A stretch of DNA of 63,790 bases, the filler included, from Octopus bimaculoides (lineage: Eukaryota): the NCBI RefSeq assembly GCF_001194135.2. It is 4 parts of 4 records of this genome, joined end to end, with 100 filler letters (N's around TTAATTAATTAA, not from the genome) between each part and the next. Parts side by side here need not be neighbours in the genome. Positions count along the whole stretch, not along the records: positions 1 to 24,299 come from NC_068997.1; 3 more parts are not named here. One strand, given 5' to 3'. The translations under genes were made by a program, and so were the position numbers. The notes below the pieces were generated by a model. It was not told the origin of the DNA. It saw nothing but the letters and a program-made list of their open reading frames with translations, and did not search any database. Below, in pieces: positions 11,282 to 24,355 of the stretch. The stretch's first letter is position 1. Every line of letters begins with the position of its first letter.

Positions 11282-14200
11282 CGTACTTCACATGTAACTA
11301 AGGGCTGGATATTTTCTAGGTTTTTCGTCCAATGTTCTTTGAAGAAGTGAAGAAACGTGCAATTATCCTTTTCCATTTTGACAGAGTAGTATAAAATGGT
11401 TATGCATTCGTTTAGTAAATGATAATTTATGACCTAAGTTTGAAATATTTCTTCCCACATACGATTTATGATAAATTTTCTTTTCAACTATGTGCATATA
11501 TATGCAATTACCTACTCAGACATGCTTAGGTATCTGCACGTGTATGTGTGCGTGCGTGCGTGTGTATGTGTATGTGTGTGTATGTGTGTGTGCGTGTGAG
11601 CCGTCCATGATATAGACATATATCTTTCGAATTCTTATATAGCTTTATAGTACATTAGCAGAAAGTTCACGAAGACCTGCTTAATCATACATATGCAATG
11701 TACAATATATATACATATATGCATTTACTTGTTATATATATATATATATATATATGAAAAGTATATGTATATATATATGTATATATATGTATATATATGT
11801 ATGCACACACATATATATATATATGTATATGTGTATGTATATATNNNNNNNNNNNNNNNNNNNNNNNNNNNNNNNNNNNNNNNNNNNNNNNNNNNNNNNN
11901 NNNNNNNNNNNNNNNNNNNNNNNNNNNNNNNNNNNNNNNNNNNNNNNNNNNNNNNNNNNNNNNNNNNNNNNNNNNNNNNNNNNNNNNNNNNNNNNNNNNN
12001 NNNNNNNNNNNNNNNNNNNNNNNNNNNNNNNNNNNNNNNNNNNNNNNNNNNNNNNNNNNNNNNNNNNNNNNNNNNNNNNNNNNNNNNNNNNNNNNNNNNN
12101 NNNNNNNNNNNNNNNNNNNNNNNNNNNNNNNNNNNNNNNNNNNNNNNNNNNNNNNNNNNNNNNNNNNNNNNNNNNNNNNNNNNNNNNNNNNNNNNNNNNN
12201 NNNNNNNNNNNNNNNNNNNNNNNNNNNNNNNNNNNNNNNNNNNNNNNNNNNNNNNNNNNNNNNNNNNNNNNNNNNNNNNNNNNNNNNNNNNNNNNNNNNN
12301 NNNNNNNNNNNNNNNNNNNNNNNNNNNNNNNNNNNNNNNNNNNNNNNNNNNNNNNNNNNNNNNNNNNNNNNNNNNNNNNNNNNNNNNNNNNNNNNNNNNN
12401 NNNNNNNNNNNNNNNNNNNNNNNNNNNNNNNNNNNNNNNNNNNNNNNNNNNNNNNNNNNNNNNNNNNNNNNNNNNNNNNNNNNNNNNNNNNNNNNNNNNN
12501 NNNNNNNNNNNNNNNNNNNNNNNNNNNNNNNNNNNNNNNNNNNNNNNNNNNNNNNNNNNNNNNNNNNNNNNNNNNNNNNNNNNNNNNNNNNNNNAGGCGA
12601 GGGTATTGTTTTCAGTCGTGTTTGCTTGTCAGTGGACAAGATATCTCGAGAACTGCTGGATAGATTCGGTTGAAACTCTCAGAGATGTTTGGCCTCGTGA
12701 CTGGCACGAACTGGTTAGATTTGGGATCGATTCGGTACCGGACAAGGATTTTCGATTGTTTTTCCTTTTTTTTTTTTCTTAATTTTTTTCTTAATTTTTG
12801 GTTCATTTTTAATATTCTCTTTTGTTAGAGCAGTCGAGTTTATTTCAGATATTCTCATTTTAAAAATCATCTCTGGCTAATTGTTAAGAGGACGTTGGTG
12901 TTACTGAGTGCTCTTGTTATTATTAGTTTGTCATTGCGTATTTCATCTTTATTTAACTTTTTGTTCAATGCCTTAAATGTGCTAAAGCTAAAGAACAGCA
13001 GGCTCAAGATCCATAGTACTCGGAGCTCTTCTCTTATACGATTATATCCCATAATGCAATTTCACTGCCAGTACTGGTATCAATATTTGGAATGCTTGAC
13101 TGTATTATGGAGGCTATTGTTTTCTTGAATTCAGAGGGATCTTTCACTAACAAAATATCTTGATTGATTCTGTCACAGAAAGTAGATAACAGTCAGACGA
13201 AACAAGCTTTAAGTTATATCACTCAATCTATATCTGCTAAACTATAATAACAAAAAGAAATACATTCATCAACAGCTCAAAAGCCATGATATCGACATCT
13301 TTCAAGGTGGGGCTAAATTCTCTAAAACAAATTCAAAACCCTATACTGTTCTCTACAATTCCAAAACTACTGAATAAGTCTTAACAGATACCTGCATAAC
13401 AATTAAATCTTATGTATGAGTATGTTATGTGTGAACATTGAACATCGAAATGATACCAACATTGGCAAGGATACCAAGGCCATTTTATGACCCCACATAT
13501 TCTGGAAAATGATGCTTTTGCAATCAAACGCTAAAAGATGGTTACAAAATAGCTATTGCATAAAAGGCACTGTGCAGCACTAAAATCTTATGATGTGACT
13601 AGAAATAACGATTGTGTTAGTTATATTTTGAAAACATTAAATCATTAATTTGTAACTAAGACTGTCGTCATAAGATCGTCTTCTTCTGCGTCTTGTTGTT
13701 AAAACAGTGTGTTATGTCGTCAGTATAAGAGCTATTCTGGAATAAATACAAATAAGAAAATACATATTGGCGGAACATTCCCATCAAAATCCTCGCTAAA
13801 CGCAGACACAACAGGATAGATCACACGCAAAAAGATCTCCTGGTTTTATTAAAAGACAGAATTTTTATTGTTTTTTTTTGGGGGGGGGTCTTTATTTCGA
13901 CTTAGAAATTATTTTGAATCACATATTTAATTAATCTCTTTTGTAAAAATAAGTAAAACTTCATAAGCGTATTTAATCAAAATATATGTACTAAGTATTA
14001 ATAATAGATTATTTTTTCGTGGTATTAATGACTCAAAAATGTTTTGCTTTCAAATTTTAGATATTTCTCACTATTATGAGCAAGCGAGAGAATTCAGAAA
14101 ACCATTCAAGTAGTTCTACCAATAAAGAAAACAAAGAAAACAAAACAAAACCCAAAGTTTGGCAATATGATGTAAACTTCCTGCAGTTAGGATTTATCGC

Positions 14201-14962
14201 CTTACTTTCAGATCGTGGACGACTCTTGTAATTTTATGGTAAACTTATTTTATGAAATGAAGATTTTAGACAAAAATAGTTTCATCCTTTCACTGTGAAA
14301 TTAAATTTCACGGTTATTCCAGTAAATGTCTATCAAAAACAAAACAAAAAGAAAAATGGTATTTTCCGCAAGTCATATTATCTCAGTAAACTTGACATAT
14401 CTCAATATAAAATTGTTTCAAATATGACATTCCCCAGCAAACGATAGACTGATATATAGAACTGCTATCCGCAGTGAAGAGTAATAACATTTTGTGTAGC
14501 TATATCTGATTTTAGCAGTAAAAAGGTAAAACTTTGTTCCACTCTCTCTTGTTGGATTGAGGGATTGTCCGAGGACCCTGAAAATCTATTAGAAGGGCTG
14601 AATTTAGCATACAGTTCGACAACTCAAATGTACAAAACAACGAAGCTTTATCGAAGGTTACACGAAGGGGAAAAGAAGTTTTGATGTTTTAAAAGATATT
14701 TTGATGACTGTTTTCACAGTAGAAATACGGATACTGCGGTAGATCGCACGCTAACGTAGCACAGTTTAAGATCTATAAACATCAAGCATATTGTTGCTAA
14801 TCATAAAATTAATGTCATTACATTGTTCCTTCTCTATCCCTATCATTATCCCTTTCTTTATTTCTCTATGTATGTGCATACACACACACATATATATACA
14901 TACACGTATGTATGTATGTATGTATGTATGTATATATGTGTGTGTGTGTGTGTATCTATCTA

Positions 14963-15031
<69 letters not shown>

Positions 15032-15964
15032 ATGTGTGTGTGTGTGTATGTGTGTGTGTATACACTCTGCCTCTTAACATCTGATAAAATGGATGTATCT
15101 TTGCGCCCACGAAACTTCAAGTCATGTGGAATTGAGTCAAATTGTTATTAAATATATGTAACAACCAAATTTATTGAGTGCTACCTTATTTCGGTTGTTA
15201 CCTTATTTCACTCATACTTATATGCTATCTTATTTCACTCATACTTATATGCACATACACACACACACACACACACCAAGGTTTGCCAACTGAGCAGAAC
15301 AAGCTAGGCTGAAGAGGTCTAATAAAGCAGATACATGTTGATTTACAGACCAGATCAATTTCCATACCTCATTTCCTATACTTTTTAAAAAAATTCTGTG
15401 AGTTGATTTTGTGGGAATATCTCGCTTACTTCCCAGCTTAAGTATAGATTTATTAGATTTTAAATGCACTTTGGTAGTTTAATCTACTAATCCCAAGGAT
15501 AAAATCAAATAAACAAGTGACAGTGATATAAATTGCTTCTGATTTAAGCACAAAACCAGCAATTATGAGGGGAGATACCATCGACTTCAGTACTCGACTT
15601 GTATTTTATTTTATCGATCTCAAAAGAATGAAAGACAAAGCTGACTCCAGGTGAACTAAACTCAGCGCGTAAAGACTAGAAAGAATCGCCGCCAGGTATT
15701 TTATCCAACACTCTGACGATTCTACCAGCTCAGCTACAGATAAACAATGATAGCAAATTTCAGACATAATGCTTTAGGAGTGTTATTGATATCTTTTTGC
15801 CTCTGTTTGTACTGCTATGAGAGACTTCTGATCAAAGTGGATACAGGACTAAGTAAACTTCTATATGTCTAGCTTGTTTTTAAGAATGATGCGATTTGAT
15901 GGAGTTATAGTAGCTCTTTTTAACACGTTGAGCAATCACGGAGAGGCTCTCTTTAACCTGCATT

Positions 15965-16198
15965 CTTATTTCTTTATTGCCCACAAGGGGCTAAACACAG
16001 AGGGGACAAACAAGGATAGAGAAAGGGATTAAGTCGATTACATCGACCCCAGTGCGTAACTGGTACTTGATTTATCTACCCCAAAAGGATGAAAGGCAAA
16101 GTCGACCTCGGCGAAATTTGAACTCAGAACGTAACGGCAGACGAAATATTGCTAAGCATTTCACCCGGCGTGCTAACGTTTCTGCCATCTCACCGCCT
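15965..16198 (-). mobile_element. SINE family B, tail type a
   Basis: Colinear with 20716-20948 and 61615-61850. Confidence 0.9.
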
Positions 16199-17060
16199 AT
16201 TTTTACCTGCATTCTATCGATGCAATGGTATTGCTGTGGCTCTCATGCCGTACGTCTCAATCCTAATCAAGCAGTTCAATCCAGATCAGACGACACCAGA
16301 CTAGACCAAACCAAACCAGACCAGACCAGACCAAATATGACACGAAAGAGGCCGGCTGAGCGACTTAGTACAAAGAGTCTTTATTGAGTGATCCACGTTC
16401 TCACCGTGGCTGCACCGTTTGGCAGATATCTTTTCTGTCTTATATATAATATTGTCCTGGACTAACTAACCCAATATAATCAAGATTGAATTATCCTAAA
16501 AGTTTGGCGATCCCTGAATGTATTTTGACATTATTTGATGAACGTCTTTTGTAAATGATGAACGTCTTTTGTAAATAATGTAAATAATGTAGCTACTGTG
16601 GTATTAACTAGCTTGATATCAAACACATTGCTATGTTCCCATCTGTGCGATTAGAAAAACTAAGAGCTATGAGAAAATCTGGCGCTTCACCCACCGACAA
16701 CCTCTACAAAACCTTCCTGTTCAAATTCGGACCACAGAGAGTTGATAATATGGTATTAGAAGATAAGAAAAGTGATAACACAGCACAAAAAAATTCGTTA
16801 GAGCGATGACATTAAATCATGTCTTAAATCTGTGTAAGAAGCATTTTAACCGATGCAAAAAGACTTCATACATGCACGTAGTCGTATATACATATATGAG
16901 GCTATACAGACATACACAGGATGCATATATACACGCACGTACACTTTAGGTAGGATTAAAAAAAGAATGTCAGTGAAAGTTGGGAAACGGAAACGGGGTG
17001 CATATGCGTGCATATACACTCATATATACTTTCGCATATATGCATTTAAGCCTACATATA

Positions 17061-17288
17061 CAGAATGGCCCAAAAATAGGTTTACAGTTATTCAACTATC
17101 TTTTTCGCATTCATATATTAACAGTTTAGATCTTAATTATTAAAATAAGATATGAAACCATTATTCTATGCTAATTTATATAATAGACAATATATATTGT
17201 AAAATAGAAATTTAAATGTAATAAAATGTATTAACAGAAATTTAAAGTGCCTACGTGATAACTGTAAACCTACTTTTCGGCCACCCTG
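17061..17288. mobile_element. Tc1/mariner-derived MITE
   Basis: Imperfect 31-bp TIRs CAGAATGGCCCAAAAATAGGTTTACAGTTAT / ATAACTGTAAACCTACTTTTCGGCCACCCTG; preceded by TA; AT-rich non-coding interior; left arm shared with 23070-23184. Confidence 0.85.
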
Positions 17289-17414
17289 TGTGTGTGTCTA
17301 TATATATATATATATATACATATATACACACACATATACGTATGTATGCATGCAAGTATGTATGTATGTAAGTATGCATGTGTGTATGTATGTATGTATG
17401 TACACACACATGCG

Positions 17415-17463
<49 letters not shown>

Positions 17464-17466
<3 letters not shown>

Positions 17467-17495
17467 CTGAATATCGCATCGTTGCCGGGTAATTT
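17464..17495 (-). mobile_element. degenerate Helitron-type 3' terminus
   Basis: A-CTAGCTGAATATCGCATCGTTGCCGGG resembles the terminus at 62884 (CTAG plus GC hairpin). Confidence 0.4.
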
Positions 17496-17879
17496 TCTCA
17501 CTAGAATACCTTGGCGGACTTTCGGAATAGCAAGTTCATTTTAAGTTGGATTTTCTCCCTATTGACGGGGAGTTTTCAAATTGTTTTTTACCACAAACTT
17601 GGGTCTCTCTATCTCTACTCGCAGCTTCTTCGCATGATATATTTTCATCAATGCCTAGGTATTTGCAGCATTCTTTGTGTGAAACAGGAGGGAGTGGGAG
17701 GCGGAGACCGTTGATATGCAAGTTTCAGGGTCTGTAGAACTGAATTTCCATGATTTACAATCAAATACAAGCATTTCTTTTGATCAAATTCCATTCCTGC
17801 ATCAGCTGTTTTTTCGTACGATAATGGATTTAATGCCATCTCCTTGGAATATTCTCTTTGGAAATGATAGTTCCGCTTT

Positions 17880-17980
17880 CGGTTGTAAGTCGACCTCGGC
17901 GGAATTTGAACTCAGAACGTAGCGACGAGCGAAATACCGCTAAGCATTTCGCCCGGCGTGCTAACGATTCTGCCATTGCC
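17880..17980 (-). mobile_element. SINE family B, 5' part
   Basis: Head and start of the central domain only. Confidence 0.8.
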
Positions 17981-18159
17981 TGCGGTAGCGGAGATTTTTG
18001 CCCAGCGTCTTCAATTCGTGCTTTATAGTACTTAATTTACCCTCAAGTACCTGGTGTGAAGAGTCACCATAGTCTTTTTTTTTTCCCTCGACTATATTTG
18101 GAAATGCACGAGAATTTAGTGATGGCGGCAGAAGTGTGCTTACATTATTTTCGATTTCT

Positions 18160-18187
18160 TTCAGGTCTTGTGCCTATAGTAGAAAGG
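18160..18187 (+). mobile_element. 28-nt 3' stub of SINE B tail b (or of its partner LINE) with 16-bp TSD
   Basis: TTCAGGTCTTGTGCCTATAGTAGAAAGG flanked by ATTATTTTCGATTTCT at 18144-18159 and 18188-18203. Confidence 0.85.
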
Positions 18188-19522
18188 ATTATTTTCGATT
18201 TCTCCTAGCAGATTTTGGCGAGTTCTTGGTGTTTTGAGAATATCGATTAGCAATATGGAAGCAAGCCATTTCTTTTTCTCAAAGACATGTTTTTCACCGA
18301 AGCGCCGAAGCTGTTTCTTCAGTTTAGATGGGGTGAACCTCGTCCTAGTATCTTTTATTTTTACTGCTTCATATATCCAATAGAAAGGTCATCACGGGCT
18401 TTTTCATTGCACCGAAGCAGATTTTGGTTCAGATGTAAAATCCGAGTAAAATGAGAAGTGTACTTACGTCTTTTTAGATAACTTTATAGTGTGACAGTAT
18501 CGGTTTCTTCATCAGGTTTGTTGTTATTAGTTTCCGTCATGATTGTGGTGTAAGGTGTATTTTTTAAAATCCAGTCAGAATAAAGCTACGTTGGGAAGTA
18601 AAAGGTGTTTCTCTTGTTTATAATTGGAGAAAAAAGCCAATTACTGATTTCGACTGGAGCAGTCGGCAAAATTGTAGAAGAAAACGCTCAAAAAGGTATC
18701 TTAAACGGTCATCTACGCTTTCTCATCTGATTTTGACAGCTTCATGCATGTATGTATAACTCTTCGAAACGCCAGTGTTAGAATGGTGGCAGCTGATGAA
18801 GAAAATGTTCTCTATGTGGCCTGTGTGTTTTCTGTACTTTGTTTATCATTTTATCTACGTTTTGTTTGCAACGTCCTGTACCCAGATATGCATCTATATA
18901 CACAGGTAGATGTAGGTATGTACATACATGTACGTATATATGCATATACTCATTTATTATTTGTATGTATGTATGTATGTATGTATGTATGTATGTATGT
19001 ATGTATGCATGCATGCCTGCTAGCTTGTATGCTTGTGTGTATGTATAGCTTTGTGTTTGTCTACCATCGCTTGGCAACCAGTGTCGATTTTGTTTACATC
19101 TCTGGCAAAAGACAACGCTAGAAAAAGTACCACACGTACAAAAAAAAAAAATGAACATAAAATAAATGAACATGAAATAAAATAATTGATCGACTAATTC
19201 CCCAGCATAGTCACAGTTCAATTATTGGGAATAAAGTAAAAAACTAATTCATTATCGTACCATTATCTCATTCTTTAATTCTTGTTGCAGAGTAGTGGCG
19301 TTTTAATCATTTATAATCGATTCTAATATTTTTGACAAGTACTTTGTTCTGTTGGTCTTTGGGAAGAATAAAATGAAAAATTTACCTGCCGTGGTGGGAT
19401 TCGAACTCAGAATGTAACGATCAGTAACGAAATACCGCCAGCTATTTTTTGCGGGTGCTTTAATAACTCTCTCAATTAACTAAAAGACATTAAAAACTAT
19501 TACTGTATGAGTGGTGATATAT

Positions 19523-19555
<33 letters not shown>

Positions 19556-20229
19556 NNNNNNNNNNNNNNNNNNNNNNNNNNNNNNNNNNNNNNNNNNNNN
19601 NNNNNNNNNNNNNNNNNNNNNNNNNNNNNNNNNNNNNNNNNNNNNNNNNNNNNNNNNNNNNNNNNNNNNNNNNNNNNNNNNNNNNNNNNNNNNNNNNNNN
19701 NNNNNNNNNNNNNNNNNNNNNNNNNNNNNNNNNNNNNNNNNNNNNNNNNNNNNNNNNNNNNNNNNNNNNNNNNNNNNNNNNNNNNNNNNNNNNNNNNNNN
19801 NNNNNNNNNNNNNNNNNNNNNNNNNNNNNNNNNNNNNNNNNNNNNNNNNNNNNNNNNNNNNNNNNNNNNNNNNNNNNNNNNNNNNNNNNNNNNNNNNNNN
19901 NNNNNNNNNNNNNNNNNNNNNNNNNNNNNNNNNNNNNNNNNNNNNNNNNNNNNNNNNNNNNNNNNNATATATATGTAGTATGTATATTACATCTTATTCG
20001 ACAAGAAGCTCACCGAATTTCAGTAAAGTAGAAAGAACTTGATGCCTTGCAGAAAAAAGAAACAAAAAAACATGTCCCATTCCATACAAGAATAAGGTTA
20101 GCATGACATCAGTCGACTTCGTCATCTGACAAACATAGAAAGATACCTACATTCTTGCATACATATATATACATACATATTTTAAAAAAAATATATAAAA
20201 AAATATATTAATGTGTGTATGTTTATATA

Positions 20230-20265
<36 letters not shown>

Positions 20266-20715
20266 GGCTATTGATGTGGCAGTAGAGAAGATAGGGAGAC
20301 GGTAATGGTGTCTTTCTGTAGCTAATTCTTTCTCATTTGTTCTTCTTAGTTGTTATCAAGGTTTTGATATCATGTGTTTGCTGGTGGCACGTTTGTCAAA
20401 AATGATGAATCATAACACTTTTGCCGCACCTTATATAAATATATATATATATTTATAAACATACTCTTGAAATCTTCGCTAGTTTTGCAATCTTTATAGT
20501 TACTATTTCCTTGAAACAAAACCAAGAAAAAAAAATGGAATAATAATAATAATGGTTTCAAATGTTGGCACATTGCCAGCAAGTTCGGGGTTCAGATAAG
20601 TTGATTAGATTGACATAAGTGCACAACTGGTGCTAATTTTATAGACACCCTCTACCTACAAAAATGAGAGGTAAAAACGTAAAAATGAGAGGCAACGTAA
20701 AGTTGAACGAAATAC

Positions 20716-20947
20716 CTATTTCTTTACTGCCCACAAGGGGCTACACACAGAGGGGACGAACAAAGACAGACAAACGGATTAAGTCGATTATATCGACCCC
20801 AGTGCGTAACTGGTACTTATTTAATCGACCCCGAAAGGATGAAAGGCAAAGTGGACCTCGGCGGAATTTGAACTCAGAACGTAACGACAGACGAAATACC
20901 GCTAAGCATTTCGCCCGGCGTGCTAACGATTCTGCCAGCTCACCACC

Positions 20948-20948
<1 letters not shown>
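20716..20948 (-). mobile_element. SINE family B, tail type a
   Basis: Full head, central domain and tail a; head abuts (AAT)n at 20950-21003. Confidence 0.9.
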
Positions 20949-21003
<55 letters not shown>

Positions 21004-21194
21004 CCTTACTACTATAGGCACAAGGCCTGGAATATGACGGGAACGGGATAGTCAACTGGTATTTATTTCATCAACCTCGAAAGGTGAAAGGCGAAGTTGA
21101 CCTCGGTGGAATTTGAACTTAAAACGTAAAGACGGGCGAAATGGCGCAATGTATTTTGCTCGGCGCGCTAACGATTCTGCCGGTTCGCCGCCTC
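21004..21194 (-). mobile_element. SINE family B, tail type b
   Basis: Head, central domain and tail b ending in (ATT)n. Confidence 0.85.
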
Positions 21195-21663
21195 AGTAAT
21201 AATAATAATCCTTTCTACTATAGGCAAAAGACTTCTTAACCGCATATCCATGCCTACATATATATATATTATGATAATTAATTCTGTATCCTCCCACTCT
21301 ATCTTCTCCCGCCAAAAATTAAAGCGAGTTTGTAGAATGCGGAAAATTGCAACTAAATGTGCATTTAATCCGATTGCCATGCATTTAATCCGACACACTC
21401 AACCATTTCTGACAGCTGAGATAAGAAAAAGAAAATATTGTTTTATATTTTACTAGGCCTTAATCTGTATATTTTCAGTCGATGATGGTGGTCATGGTAG
21501 CGGCGAGGGTTTGTAGCTGTGCTGGTACTGATTATTTCCGGAGGGATATATTAAACGGTGTAGAAGGAAAAGGAAATAGATTTATTATTAGGGGACTGAA
21601 ACAGCGCAATGCACTTAGCTCGTTTCTCACAATTCAGTGCTCATCACATACTCTCTCTCTCCA

Positions 21664-21717
<54 letters not shown>

Positions 21718-22574
21718 NNNNNNNNNNNNNNNNNNNNNNNNNNNNNNNNNNNNNNNNNNNNNNNNNNNNNNNNNNNNNNNNNNNNNNNNNNNNNNNNNNN
21801 NNNNNNNNNNNNNNNNNNNNNNNNNNNNNNNNNNNNNNNNNNNNNNNNNNNNNNNNNNNNNNNNNNNNNNNNNNNNNNNNNNNNNNNNNNNNNNNNNNNN
21901 NNNNNNNNNNNNNNNNNNNNNNNNNNNNNNNNNNNNNNNNNNNNNNNNNNNNNNNNNNNNNNNNNNNNNNNNNNNNNNNNNNNNNNNNNNNNNNNNNNNN
22001 NNNNNNNNNNNNNNNNNNNNNNNNNNNNNNNNNNNNNNNNNNNNNNNNNNNNNNNNNNNNNNNNNNNNNNNNNNNNNNNNNNNNNNNNNNNNNNNNNNNN
22101 NNNNNNNNNNNNNNNNNNNNNNNNNNNNNNNNNNNNNNNNNNNNNNNNNNNNNNNNNNNNNNNNNNNNNNNNNNNNNNNNNNNNNNNNNNNNNNNNNNNN
22201 NNNNNNNNNNNNNNNNNNNNNNNNNNNNNNNNNNNNNNNNNNNNNNNNNNNNNNNNNNNNNNNNNNNNNNNNNNNNNNNNNNNNNNNNNNNNNNNNNNNN
22301 NNNNNNNNNNNNNNNNNNNNNNNNNNNNNNNNNNNNNNNNNNNNNNNNNNNNNNNNNNNNNNNNNNNNNNNNNNNNNNNNNNNNNNNNNNNNNNNNNNNN
22401 NNNNNNNNNNNNNNNNNNNNNNNNNNNNNNNNNNNNNNNNNNNNNNNNNNNNNNGTATGTATGTATGTATGTATGTATGTATGTATGTATGTATGATAGA
22501 CAGTTAAGCAAAAATATAGATTCAGATGAAAAAATATATATATATGTATGTATATATATATATATATATATATG

Positions 22575-22612
<38 letters not shown>

Positions 22613-22618
<6 letters not shown>

Positions 22619-23184
22619 CTCAAAACTAGGTTTACAGTTATCCCGTAGGTAATTTATATTTCTTTTAAAACATTTTATTAGATTCAAATTTCTTTCTTAC
22701 AATCATATTGTTTATGCACATCTTAAACAGACAACGTTTAGTCTCTCAGATGCTCAAAAAGCCCTCCTTCAACATTGCAACATTCTTCAAACCTCTTCAG
22801 AACACTCTGACTCACAGGGCGGCACACATTCCGACCTCCATCACTTCCAGTGTATGCGTCAGAAATGAAATGTCTTAATTCATTTACTGCTTCGGAATTC
22901 TTCTCATAAACTTTGTTCTTTACAACCCGCCTGCACAAAAAAAAAAAAAAGAAAGAAATCCATTGTTGTCTGGTTAGGAAAACGTCGTGGCCATTCGAGG
23001 CTGCCGCGTCTTCCAAACCAACGTTGTGGAAAAGGCTTGAAAACGGAGCTTGACAAAACAAACTAAATTAGCATAGAATAATGGTTTCATATATATTTTT
23101 TTTAATAATTCATATCTAAACTGTCAATATATGAATGCGAAACAGATAGTTGAATAACTGTAAACTTACTTTTGGGCCACCCTG
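22613..23184 (-). mobile_element. internally deleted Tc1/mariner element with transposase remnant
   Basis: Same TIR family as 17061-17288; minus strand reads FFLC..VKNKVYEKNSEAVNELRHFISDAY....VCRPVSQSVLKRFEECCNVEGGLFEHLRD; TA follows 23184. Confidence 0.8.
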
Positions 23185-23471
23185 TAAATGTATATGCCAA
23201 CACATGCGTACAAATATACTATACATATATGCATGTGTTTACATGTAATATATGTGTATCTTCTCCTCTCTCTCTCCTTTCTCTCTCTTTCTCCATATAT
23301 GTATTTGTATATATATATATATACATACATAAACCAGTGGTGTAATCTCTTTGTTTACTTTATGCAGAAAGGATGATGTATATTTATGTAAGACCTATTC
23401 ATTACATGACAATTTATCCAACAAGGCTGTGTTGTGCACTATGAATGAATTAATTTACATTATATGTGTGA

Positions 23472-23559
23472 GTGGAGGCGCAATGGCCCAGTGGTTAGGG
23501 CAGCGGACTCACGGTCATAGGATCGCCGTTTCGATTTCCAGACCGGGTGTTGTGAGTGT
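23472..23559 (+). mobile_element. SINE family A, tRNA-like head only
   Basis: GTGGAGGCGCAATGGCCCAGTGGTTAGGGCAGCGGACTC.. matches the 3964-4353 copy. Confidence 0.85.
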
Positions 23560-23925
23560 ATGTATGTATGTATGCATGCATGCATCTAAATTGGGTGATA
23601 GCATGGCGGTGCGGTCGAAAAAAATTCACTTCGCTACGACGTGGTTCTAGGTTCGATACTTCACAACGCATGGCATTTGGGGCAAGAACGCAAGAGCTAA
23701 AGAATATGGTTAGAGATATTTTGCAGCAACCTGTCATGTGTGTTTACAAGTATTACACACTCACACACACACACATACACCTATATACGTGTGTATGTAT
23801 ACATATATATGCATGTATGTACATGTATGTATGTATCTATGCATATACATATACATATATATTATTTACATTATTATGTTTGAACATCATGCATCCATTC
23901 GTCATCAGTCTGGAGTAGCATGACA

Positions 23926-23956
<31 letters not shown>

Positions 23957-24142
23957 GGGAGAATATACAAATAATAACAACAGACGAGGACAGGTGGTGT
24001 AAATAACAAAAGGATATATTAGTATGACGCTCGGGAATACGGAAAGTCTTTGACGTTTCGAGCTACGCTCTTCAACAGAAAGAATACGGAGACAAGGAGA
24101 AAAACACGGAGAAAAAAAATTGAATAGTGTTCAGTCAACGGT
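23957..24142 (-). mobile_element. short Penelope-like/retrozyme-like element, copy 1
   Basis: Near-identical reverse complement of 52088-52276; ends in (TA)n; contains a hammerhead-like core. Confidence 0.7.
24047..24083 (-). ncRNA. minimal type I hammerhead ribozyme-like motif (variant core)
   Basis: TCTTT-CTGTTGA-A-GAG(CGTAG)CTC-GAAA-CGTC-AAAGA on the minus strand; one core deviation (CUGUUGA instead of CUGANGA). Confidence 0.5.
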
Positions 24143-24343
24143 CAATCAGTCTGTTAAAGTCTGTCATACCGGCCATGATGAAATGCCACAAGGTATAGAA
24201 AATACATATTCGCCTTTATATATTTAATCCTTTATATTGAACACTCAATATTTCATCTATTCAATAAGACATTCAATACTTTATTTCATAGTACCATCCN
24301 NNNNNNNNNNNNNNNNNNNNNNNNNNNNNNNNNNNNNNNNNNN

Positions 24344-24355
24344 TTAATTAATTAA
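24344..24355. other. assembly gap linker TTAATTAATTAA (also 43168-43179 and 62369-62380)
   Basis: Each copy sits between exactly 44 N on both sides (100-nt block); it contains stops in all six frames. Confidence 0.95.

Noticed and set aside
18495-18520. CTGATGAAGAAACC on the minus strand
   Set aside because: No stem II and no closing stem I; likely chance.
18750-18812. GAAAC..CTGATGA arrangement resembling a type II hammerhead
   Set aside because: Stem I cannot be formed and stem III and the NUH triplet are unconvincing.
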